From positions 1 through 64,000 of IMG/VR virus record IMGVR_UViG_3300010429_000664: a DNA stretch of 64,000 nucleotides. One strand, written 5' to 3'. The notes below the pieces were generated by a model that saw only the letters and a list, made by a program, of their open reading frames with translations, was not told the origin of the DNA and searched no databases. Below are positions 1-7,532 of this stretch, in pieces. Position numbers and translations under genes: made by a program. The DNA is from a virus (taxonomy: Duplodnaviria; Caudoviricetes). How positions within the stretch are numbered: position 1 is the stretch's first letter; each line of letters opens with the position of its first letter.

Positions 1-135
1 GCACCGGACAAGTTTGCACCGTACAAGTCTGCACCGGACAAGTTTGCACCGGACAAGTCTGCACCGGACAAGTTTGCACCGTACAAGTCTGCACCGGACA
101 AGTTTGCACCGGACAAGTCTGCACCGGACAAGTTT
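1..135. repeat. 15-bp tandem repeat, 9 copies (GCACCG[G/T]ACAAGT[T/C]T), coding repeat of the pentapeptide protein
   Basis: Directly visible; variants recur with a 60-bp super-period. Confidence 0.97.
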
Positions 136-230
136 ATAGTTTTATTTTTTTGCAAACAATCCGTAACGTTCTCATACTCTCCGCAAATTATTATTTCATC
201 ACTAAATCTCTTTTTTATCTCTATGTTCAT
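1..230 (-). CDS. Pentapeptide-repeat protein, N-terminal part (runs off the left edge; absent from the ORF track)
   Basis: Manual translation from ATG at 230: [51 protein letters not shown]..., canonical A(D/N)Lxx repeats; SD-like GGGGTG upstream. Confidence 0.9.
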   Translation of the reverse strand, partial: MNIEIKKRFSDEIIICGEYENVTDCLQKNKTINLSGADLSGANLSGADLYGANLSGADLSGANLSGADLYGANLSG

Positions 231-384
231 AAAACACCCCTTTTCATATTTTATAGTATATTTCATTTGCCCAGAAAACGTGTCCGCAGTTTTTACGGTT
301 TGATAAGGTTCGTAGTCTCGTCGTCTATCATCGTTCCACAGTCGTGTCACTCTCCATTAATATATGCTCTTTTAACATACATAA

Positions 385-774
385 TCATATCTCCCTATAA
401 AATCCTTCGCCGTTAGATGCCACTCCGATACACTTATATTCAGCATATCCATATAGCATTTTAATGGTATCAATAATTTTATTCGCTTCTTTTGCCTCCT
501 TTTGAAGTAGTTTTTCTACTTGTTTATCAGTATAATCCGCATCATAAATCCAATCGACATTTTGAACAAAGTTAATACACGCTCCTTGATAGTAAGCATA
601 CGTCATAACAATTTTTGTTGCAATAAAATGTCCTTCATATTCTTCAAGCTCATAAGAAGCATACGACCGTCCGCCGATATTTTTTCCACATACCGCCGGA
701 TAATTTCCGACTTCAAAATCATCATCCGAAACAACAACGCATCTATTTTCATAACTAAAATTTGGTGTGGACAT
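385..774 (-). CDS. Hypothetical early-region protein (129 aa)
   Basis: ORF with SD-like GGAGGG upstream, co-oriented with neighbours. Confidence 0.75.
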   Translation of the reverse strand: MSTPNFSYENRCVVVSDDDFEVGNYPAVCGKNIGGRSYASYELEEYEGHFIATKIVMTYAYYQGACINFVQNVDWIYDADYTDKQVEKLLQKEAKEANKIIDTIKMLYGYAEYKCIGVASNGEGFYREI

Positions 775-775
775 A

Positions 776-871
776 TTAATGACCCTCCGATTCTTTTATA
801 CATTCACTACAGACGACCGCAACTGTTTTAACCTCTCGACCACAACAAGGACAAAACGCAAGCTCATCCAT
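776..871 (-). CDS. Small Cys-rich (zinc-ribbon-like) protein, 31 aa
   Basis: Manual translation MDELAFCPCCGREVKTVAVVCSECIKESEGH; SD GGAGGG upstream. Confidence 0.55.
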   Translation of the reverse strand: MDELAFCPCCGREVKTVAVVCSECIKESEGH

Positions 872-990
872 CTTCTTTTCCCTCCTTTAGTATGCTTGCC
901 AGTTCAGCGTTTATTTCGTTTTCAATTTCTATCATATTAAAAACAAGGTCTTGGGCGATTTCTAAATCTTCTTCCGTCATTATGTTTATA

Positions 991-1019
991 ATCATATATC
1001 AATCCCTTTATATTGTCAA
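991..1019 (-). promoter_or_regulatory. Sigma70-type promoter for leftward early genes
   Basis: TTGACA-17-TATGAT on the minus strand. Confidence 0.6.
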
Positions 1020-1175
1020 CTATATTTTCATTTTCGCCAGTGATGAAAAGACACTCCCAAAAACTTCCACGACCCGTTCCATTTATTATAGGTATTATTT
1101 GCTTGAATCATATCGCCGTTTTCCTTAACCTTATACTGCTCTCCCCGTATTGTAAAATATAGAGTTTTCACAATA

Positions 1176-1382
1176 TCAGCTCCTTTCCAGTTGATTGTTT
1201 AGGGGATTAAAATACCGCACTGTTTCCCCGTGTTTATTTTTTGCGTATACCATAAAACGACCGTCCGCTTGTTTCCACACCTTAAATGACTTCATAGTTT
1301 GCCCAAAAAACTTCATTGTATTTCTGCTAAAAAAATATGGTGATGTTTCCCTCGTCCGCTCCTTTATCTCGTAAATCGTCAT
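1176..1382 (-). CDS. Hypothetical protein (68 aa, YFF..TMKFFG motif)
   Basis: ORF overlapping the stop of its upstream neighbour (coupled). Confidence 0.75.
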   Translation of the reverse strand: MTIYEIKERTRETSPYFFSRNTMKFFGQTMKSFKVWKQADGRFMVYAKNKHGETVRYFNPLNNQLERS

Positions 1383-1756
1383 ATTATCATCCTTTCATAT
1401 TGTGCTGAGTTTAACGTTGCATGATTGTCTTCCCCGTCATTAAAATATATCGTAATGATATGCTTGGAAGTTCCCACGACCACAATTAAATCCACGTTTT
1501 CGGAGTATTTAACGCGATAAACCGCGCGTTCGACCGCTCCGCCGTCCATATAATACTCAAAAACATTTTGCGCGTTTAACTGCATTCCCTTGATAAAACG
1601 AAGCACGTTTTCGATATTACCTGCCCGTTGAATTATATTATCAATACAGTGCTCGGTATACTTCCACGGGATGACGTTCATCCGTGCCGAAAAACTCTCT
1701 AAAACCTCCCTTGCATTGTTCGGAAAATAGACGTTTTTATGATATCGTTTTATCAT
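1379..1756 (-). CDS. Hypothetical protein (125 aa), possible RelE/BECR-like fold
   Basis: ORF; N-terminal His-bearing helix, beta-rich core and C-terminal H.TL..Y; fold call is inference. Confidence 0.6.
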   Translation of the reverse strand: MIKRYHKNVYFPNNAREVLESFSARMNVIPWKYTEHCIDNIIQRAGNIENVLRFIKGMQLNAQNVFEYYMDGGAVERAVYRVKYSENVDLIVVVGTSKHIITIYFNDGEDNHATLNSAQYERMII

Positions 1757-1885
1757 GATATGCTTCCCACAATAGCATCCTTAACGTGCTCACTGGTATG
1801 ACGCGCCGACATAATACACCCACAAACGACCACACCAACCAACCAGAAAAGGAAAAGCATTAAATACAGTTTTTCGTTTTTGCGC

Positions 1886-2308
1886 TTAAACATTTTCCGC
1901 CTCGACTTTCGTATAAAGAAGTTTTACCAACATTTGATACACTAAACGCGACCTTAAACTACGAAAGAAAAAATCCGCAGTTCCTTCCACTGGTAAATCA
2001 AGCAACCAATTAAGCATATAGCACTTCGCCCACAATCCCTTATTCGTATTGCGCGAACAAAATCCGTCTTTTCGCATATCGTCAAGTTCCACTTTCAAAA
2101 AATCGTATCCCCAGTCGCGATTTTTCAAAGGAGCGACATACCGAAACCAAAGTTCGTTTATTTTGCGTTCGTCCTTCGGTAAAATCTTTCCGCCTCGGAG
2201 CGGATTGTTATTATCTCCTTCCGGCGGAAAAAATAGCGCGTTCAGTCGTTTGATTTCTTCTTTATGCTCCTTTGGAATATTACAATATTTTTCTTCAAGT
2301 TTGTACAT
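1886..2308 (-). CDS. Hypothetical protein (140 aa)
   Basis: ORF with SD-like AGGAAAGG upstream. Confidence 0.75.
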   Translation of the reverse strand: MYKLEEKYCNIPKEHKEEIKRLNALFFPPEGDNNNPLRGGKILPKDERKINELWFRYVAPLKNRDWGYDFLKVELDDMRKDGFCSRNTNKGLWAKCYMLNWLLDLPVEGTADFFFRSLRSRLVYQMLVKLLYTKVEAENV

Positions 2309-2309
2309 A

Positions 2310-2780
2310 TTACTTTCCTTTCCTGAATTCTATCAGGTTTCCGTTGATTATATTGTGGTTTACAATCCACTGTATTGCCTTGACAATATGCTCCGGTTTG
2401 GAGCATAAATCAAACCAAACGTTTGAACCAAAAGAAGAAAATCTAAAATGATTTACAAGTTTTTTCACAATAAAATAGTGCTTGTGACCGCCATTATCAA
2501 CAAAAACAAACTCGGACGGACGCACTGGCGAATAAACCTTTATATCATTTTCCACAATATCCACTAAAACGGGATTCCGGATATCAGTGCCGGATATATC
2601 GACCTCCTTTGCTTCAAAATAGCACATATTGCAGAAATATTCGCCGTTTAGCTCCTTTCCGCTTTCATAAGGAACGCGCTCGCCACATCCGCATAAAAAG
2701 TAATTTTCATCACATATAAAACAGACATCCCCTTCCATAGCTGATTTATGACATATTTCACGACATTCCGCGCCGGACAT
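2310..2780 (-). CDS. Cys-rich hypothetical protein (156 aa)
   Basis: CxxxC, CxxC, CxCG and CxxC motifs in the N-terminal half. Confidence 0.7.
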   Translation of the reverse strand: MSGAECREICHKSAMEGDVCFICDENYFLCGCGERVPYESGKELNGEYFCNMCYFEAKEVDISGTDIRNPVLVDIVENDIKVYSPVRPSEFVFVDNGGHKHYFIVKKLVNHFRFSSFGSNVWFDLCSKPEHIVKAIQWIVNHNIINGNLIEFRKGK

Positions 2781-2884
2781 TTTTTACCTTGATGAAGCAT
2801 TTCACGTTATATTTCTCTTCACAATATCGCGCTATTTCATCCGCTTCCGCTTGCGTTTTTGGAAATTTGACAAAGCTTTTCACA

Positions 2885-3313
2885 TTACACCTCCCGATTA
2901 TAAAAACTGTATACCGTGCATATATTCCCGTGCTCCAGAACGGTGCATCCGCCGAAACGATTAATCAAAGTGTTTATTATTCCGTTCAACTCGGACGGTT
3001 TGCACGAGGTCACAATCTGTTGCTCCATTATAGAGCACTTCCCCATATTGTAAATTATCCCTATACCGTCTATTTCCACGAAAATACAGTCCTGCCGATA
3101 TCCTTCTTGGATATCCTTTAACACACTGCCGGAAACAAAATCCCCATCCCTGAATTGTATATAATCCCTTACCAAACTCCCTTCCGCATCCTTCCAAAAA
3201 CCTATAGCGTCAAAACGACTCAGAGAATTTACTGGAATATAAACCTTTATTGCTCCTTCCACCACTCCGCCCTTTTCCAGTTCCGCCTTTACTTGTTCCG
3301 CTCTCGTTTTCAT
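2885..3313 (-). CDS. Hypothetical protein (probable start MKTRAEQ)
   Basis: ORF; ATG at 3313 preceded by a purine-rich SD. Confidence 0.7.
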   Translation of the reverse strand: MKTRAEQVKAELEKGGVVEGAIKVYIPVNSLSRFDAIGFWKDAEGSLVRDYIQFRDGDFVSGSVLKDIQEGYRQDCIFVEIDGIGIIYNMGKCSIMEQQIVTSCKPSELNGIINTLINRFGGCTVLEHGNICTVYSFYNREV

Positions 3314-4427
3314 AACTTCCCCCTTTTCGGTTTTGGGCTTCCTCTCCCTGCCATAATATGTTGCAAGTTGTTTGCCAAACTGGGAGCACATTACCATAAA
3401 ATGTCATAACTAACGTAATATGAACAGATTATCTATTTTATGTATTTATTTAACACAATCGAACGCGCCAAAAACCGCGACATAATGGCGCGATAGTGAG
3501 ACATCAAATAAGAAATAATCTATAAAATACAATAAATGAATGACTTAACTATGTGCAATAATGGCACAAAGTGAGACACACAAACAAAAACAGTATAAAT
3601 CTATAAATGCTGATAATACATAACTTATAAAGAAATCTTTCATAACTGCATAACGCTATGCACTTATACAAAAAATGACTTGGCACAATTCTTGACATAA
3701 TACACAGGAAGAGAGCAAAACAATCCTGTACAAGGTATAGAATGAACAAACGACAAAGGAACGGAACAAGGAAAGCACCTGATACTAAAAACGCTGACAT
3801 TGCTTACACTGAACATGGTGAAATAGGGAAGGGAAACACTGTTCACACCTTTCACTGAACGCAATGAAAGCGCGAAAACCTGCCTATAGATTGTCGTATT
3901 ATGTCACTATGTCACGAACGCGCCGGAAAGCACTTACAGAAAAACCACTCCGGCGGGTGCTATTCGGCAAACCCAGCGAAACCCAGTAAAACATACCGAC
4001 TGTCCCCTTCTCTGACGCTTCTTCCTATCCTTTTCTTCGTCTTTCCTAGCCTATAAATGCCGTTATTAAGTTTTTAACCCCCGGTGAAAACGACTTTATT
4101 ATACCTGGGTATAAGAGTAACCACAGTGTTAATGTAGATGCCTGTTTTCTTTACTTAGATAGGGTCCTGGGTCGTTATTAATATACCGGCAGGGGTCTTT
4201 ATCGGCAATTATACGTAGTCGTTTATACGCGATTATAGGAGTTTGTGGGTAGTATAATTTTTCGTAGGTACGAGTGGGTCTTGTTCGGCAATTTCTTTTT
4301 GTAACAAATATATATACGTATATGTTACAGCAAATGCTTGGTTTTTGTCACTTTATCGGTTCTCAATTGTTCCGTAATGGTACACCTAGCGGTAGCGGCC
4401 ACCCGGAGGGTGATAGAAGGAATATAC

Positions 4428-4457
4428 TTGACACGAATAACTTAGGTGTGCTATAAT
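4428..4457 (+). promoter_or_regulatory. Sigma70-type promoter with extended -10
   Basis: TTGACAC..., 18-nt spacer, TGnTATAAT. Confidence 0.85.
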
Positions 4458-4500
4458 AGGTATGTAAATAGAAGTGTCTCTTTGTCTGGAGGCATTAAAT

Positions 4501-4662
4501 ATGAATGAAACCTTTGCAATAAGGACCACAATGGACCTAGAAGAATTGCGACAAAAGGCCATTAAACTTCGTAAATGGCTGGAGAAGATGGAAAATGGAA
4601 ACATTAGACTTAGAAACAGAAGTATTAGAAAGGTTCGAGGAAAGCGCAAAAATACCGGTTAG
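4501..4662 (+). CDS. Small basic protein
   Basis: ATG at 4501 after GGAGG; first ORF after the promoter. Confidence 0.55.
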   Translation: MNETFAIRTTMDLEELRQKAIKLRKWLEKMENGNIRLRNRSIRKVRGKRKNTG

Positions 4663-4747
4663 GAATATACCTGGATGGTTGTTAATTGCTATGCAGGAAA
4701 GTGGTATAAAAGATTTTACTAAGATACCGTAAACCAAAGGGGCGCTA

Positions 4748-6046
4748 ATGAAGAAGATATTTGTGATAGACACCAATGTGTTGCTGCATAATAGCGCGGC
4801 TTTGAAGGCTTTTGGTGATAATGAAGTTGTTATTCCTTTGTGTGTGTTGGAGGAGTTGGACACATTCAAAAAGGAGTCCAGTGATAGGGGTAGAAATTCG
4901 CGTGAGATAATACGTACATTGGATAAGATGAAAGAAGTAGGCAATCTGCGTAAGGGAGTAGATAACGGGCAGGGAGGAACCATCAAAATAGTATTACATC
5001 CTCCGGAAGAACGAGAATTGACACTTGACCGGTCTTTGGTTGATAATAAGATTCTGATACATGCTTACTACTTGACGAAACATAATCCAGATAAGAAGGT
5101 AGTGTTTATTTCTAAGGACATCAATGCTCGGATAAAGGCCGATGTTCTTGGAGTACATTCGGAAGACTACGAAGCGGAGCGAGTAGACTGCGATAGCTTG
5201 TACACTGGGTTTAAGACAATTGAAAATGATGAGATGTACGAGCATTTATCGGACCTACGATGGTGTGATGTCGAACCGGGATACCTCTATGCTAACGAGT
5301 ATATAGTGATTAAATCTTCATCTGGCGAGGACCCGGTTATAGGTAAGCATCTATATACGGAAAATAAAGTAGTAGCACTAGATGATGAGCAGATTAGACT
5401 TTGGGGAGTAACATCTAGAAGCATTGAACAGCGTATCGCGTTCGATATTCTACTTGACAAGGAAATAAAACTCGTTACCTTATCAGGACAGGCAGGAACG
5501 GGAAAAACACTGCTCGCGTTAGCGGCAGGGTTGGAATCCGTGGTAACAAAGAAGGTGTTTAGGAAAATACTTATTTCTAGACCTATTATGCCGCTGGGTA
5601 GAGATATTGGATACCTACCTGGGTCTAAGGAAGATAAGATAGAACATTGGATGAATCCGATATATGATAACATCGAGTTTATGCTATCGTCTAAGACTCC
5701 GGATGTTCAAACAAAAGTCTACAATATGTTTAAGGATGGCACTATTGAACTTGAAGCTCTAACGTATATTCGAGGAAGAAGTATTCCAAATCAATACGTT
5801 ATTATAGATGAAGCTCAGAATCTTTCTCCGCATGAGATTAAGACCATTATTTCTCGTGTTGGAGTAGGAACAAAGATGATACTTACTGGAGACCCTAATC
5901 AGATTGATAGTCCTTATCTTGATAGCGCTTCGAACGGTCTTACATACTGTGCCGAGAGATTAAAGAACGAACCTCTTCACGGACATATTACGTTATCAAA
6001 GAGCGAAAGGAGTCCGCTTGCTGCATTAGCGGCACAGAAACTTTAA
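4748..6046 (+). CDS. phoH: PhoH-family protein, PIN-PhoH (PhoH2/YlaK type)
   Basis: PIN motifs IDTNVLLH, LEELD, D..IL, ISKD; P-loop GQAGTGKT; RGRS, IDEAQN, GD..QID, RS.LA. Confidence 0.95.
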   Translation: MKKIFVIDTNVLLHNSAALKAFGDNEVVIPLCVLEELDTFKKESSDRGRNSREIIRTLDKMKEVGNLRKGVDNGQGGTIKIVLHPPEERELTLDRSLVDNKILIHAYYLTKHNPDKKVVFISKDINARIKADVLGVHSEDYEAERVDCDSLYTGFKTIENDEMYEHLSDLRWCDVEPGYLYANEYIVIKSSSGEDPVIGKHLYTENKVVALDDEQIRLWGVTSRSIEQRIAFDILLDKEIKLVTLSGQAGTGKTLLALAAGLESVVTKKVFRKILISRPIMPLGRDIGYLPGSKEDKIEHWMNPIYDNIEFMLSSKTPDVQTKVYNMFKDGTIELEALTYIRGRSIPNQYVIIDEAQNLSPHEIKTIISRVGVGTKMILTGDPNQIDSPYLDSASNGLTYCAERLKNEPLHGHITLSKSERSPLAALAAQKL

Positions 6047-6052
6047 TCAAAC

Positions 6053-6120
6053 GCGGCGCGTGAGAGTTCGAGTCTCTCCTTGAACCTGCGGACAAGTAGC
6101 TCAATCGGCAGAGCAGCCGC
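6053..6120 (+). ncRNA. Circularly permuted tRNA-like RNA (YrlA/Y-RNA-like tRNA mimic)
   Basis: GCGGC(6053-57)/GCCGC(6116-20) closing helix; T-arm GAGAG-TTCGAGT-CTCTC precedes D-arm GCTC-AATCGGCA-GAGC; acceptor-like CTTG..CC/GG..CAAG closed by a TGC loop. Confidence 0.75.
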
Positions 6121-6370
6121 ATTATTGTTAGCACTACAGAAACTCGTCTTCTAGAAAACGAGGAGCATCAGAGAAGAGTGAGGATTCCCGCTCATTTTAG
6201 GCGGACCGGAAAACGCCCTAACGGTGCAAGTGATATTAGCCTGGAGTGCTTTACTTTTATCGCGTCCGATTAATCGTGTAACGACAGTGGCCACTGATGA
6301 ATAGTCGGATTGCAAATAGGGGGTAGTGATGTTACTAAAATTAGGTCGCTCCTAATTTAGAAACTATTCC
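6121..6370 (+). ncRNA. Unclassified multi-branched structured RNA
   Basis: Nested helices: AGCACT-CAG/CTG-AGTGCT, CTCGT/ACGAG, TTAGGCG/CGCCCTAA, TCCGATTA/TAGTCGGA, CAGTG/CACTG, AAATTAGG/CCTAATTT, AATAG/CTATT; no credible ORF. Confidence 0.55.
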
Positions 6371-6379
6371 TCGGATTTT

Positions 6380-6453
6380 TGCGCGGTAGTGAAACGGTAT
6401 CACGGAAGGCTCATAATCTTCAATTGGGAGTTCGATTCTCCCCTGCGCTACCA
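6380..6453 (+). tRNA. tRNA with CAT anticodon (Met or Ile2), CCA encoded
   Basis: Cloverleaf: TGCGCGG/CTGCGCT acceptor, GAAGG-CTCATAA-TCTTC anticodon arm, GGGAG-TTCGATT-CTCCC T-arm, ACCA end. Confidence 0.9.
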
Positions 6454-6487
6454 AAGGTACGGTCGGAGGAAAGTAAAGAGGAAGAAG

Positions 6488-6883
6488 ATGAGTACGAAGA
6501 AAAAGGAACTTATCTGGAGATTATCATCGAAGGTCACTGTAGAAGAAGTTCTAAAACTACTCGACCATAAGATAATAAACTCCGAGGAAGCAAGGGAACT
6601 TATTTTCAGGATTGAAGAAGAAAAGAAACTAACCCCCGACGCAGAGAAGGACCTAAAGGACGAATTAAAACTTCTAAGAGACTTGGTGTTAGAGCTTTGT
6701 AAAAAGAATATTGCAATAGCTCCATATGTTATCAGAGAGGTTGAAATTTATCCTCGACAGAGATGGGCAGAACCTTATTACGTTTGGTGTAGTTCTGTTA
6801 GTCCTTCTATTAATTTAAACGGAAATGGCTTTTACTCAGGTAGCGTAAGTTATAGTAATTTGGATAACAACAGTCAAGTATAA
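6488..6883 (+). CDS. Hypothetical protein (probable start MSTKKKELIW)
   Basis: ORF; the longer track start overlaps the tRNA, so ATG 6488 is preferred. Confidence 0.7.
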   Translation: MSTKKKELIWRLSSKVTVEEVLKLLDHKIINSEEARELIFRIEEEKKLTPDAEKDLKDELKLLRDLVLELCKKNIAIAPYVIREVEIYPRQRWAEPYYVWCSSVSPSINLNGNGFYSGSVSYSNLDNNSQV

Positions 6884-6920
6884 ACCAATTCCGACCGTAC
6901 CTAACCATCTAGGAGATAAA

Positions 6921-7532
6921 ATGTCAGAATATAAAGATTTTGATTCAACCGGACTTAATAAATCGGAAGCATATTTTGGTAATAAAAGATTTAAAGAGTA
7001 TCAAGAAAAGTACACTATAGAGAGTGTCTCCGACCTTTCCCTCCTACAAGAACTAGTGTTCCTAGAAATTGTCCAGCGACGATACAGAGAGAAGATTGCT
7101 AAACTAGGTGCAGATAAAAAAGTTGAATCTTCGGCAGTTCCTTCTCACATTGCGGAAGCGATGGAGAACAATCTTAAACAAATGATGAGTATTCAAGATA
7201 GACTCGGATGTTTTACAGAGAAGAAAGCCGATGACCCATTTCAATATATCCAAACTTTAAAAAAGAAATATGAAAAATGGATGGAAGAGAATCAACTTTC
7301 GCGTACCTACCCTTGTCAACACTGTGGTCAAATGAATCTATTAAAAATGAGAGTAGATAAATTCGAATCTATTAAACATCCCTTTTTTAAGGATAAGGTC
7401 TTATGCAACGAGGGTCTTATTAGACTTTATCGTAACGGCAGACTAAATAAAGAAGAAGTGGCCTCGGTTCTAGGATGTCATGTAGATTATGTCGTCGAAC
7501 TTATCGAACGCTGGCCAGACCTAGGTAAATAA
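6921..7532 (+). CDS. Putative terminase small subunit
   Basis: Abuts the terminase large subunit; helical, with CxxC and a C-terminal HTH-like segment; positional inference. Confidence 0.5.
   Translation: MSEYKDFDSTGLNKSEAYFGNKRFKEYQEKYTIESVSDLSLLQELVFLEIVQRRYREKIAKLGADKKVESSAVPSHIAEAMENNLKQMMSIQDRLGCFTEKKADDPFQYIQTLKKKYEKWMEENQLSRTYPCQHCGQMNLLKMRVDKFESIKHPFFKDKVLCNEGLIRLYRNGRLNKEEVASVLGCHVDYVVELIERWPDLGK

Noticed and set aside
1-135. Repeat array as CRISPR or iteron
   Set aside because: No spacers; the units are contiguous and translate in frame as pentapeptide repeats
6265-6310. Hammerhead ribozyme (CTGATGA in a three-way junction)
   Set aside because: The required GAAA and correctly placed UH cleavage site are missing
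6053-6370. Permuted two-piece tmRNA (AATAGTC-G resembles a resume context)
   Set aside because: True D-stem present, no G3:U70, no CCA, only a 3-nt intervening loop, and candidate tags (…RSLLI or ANRG) lack an Ala-rich C-terminus
6121-6370. RNase P RNA or group I intron
   Set aside because: Only short echoes; no P4 GAGGAAAGUCC/ACAGAA..CGGC pair, no convincing P3-P4-P6 core and no flanking exon pair
6379-6570. 63-aa ORF and the extended start of 6389-6883
   Set aside because: They overlap the tRNA(CAT) gene; ATG 6488 is the plausible start
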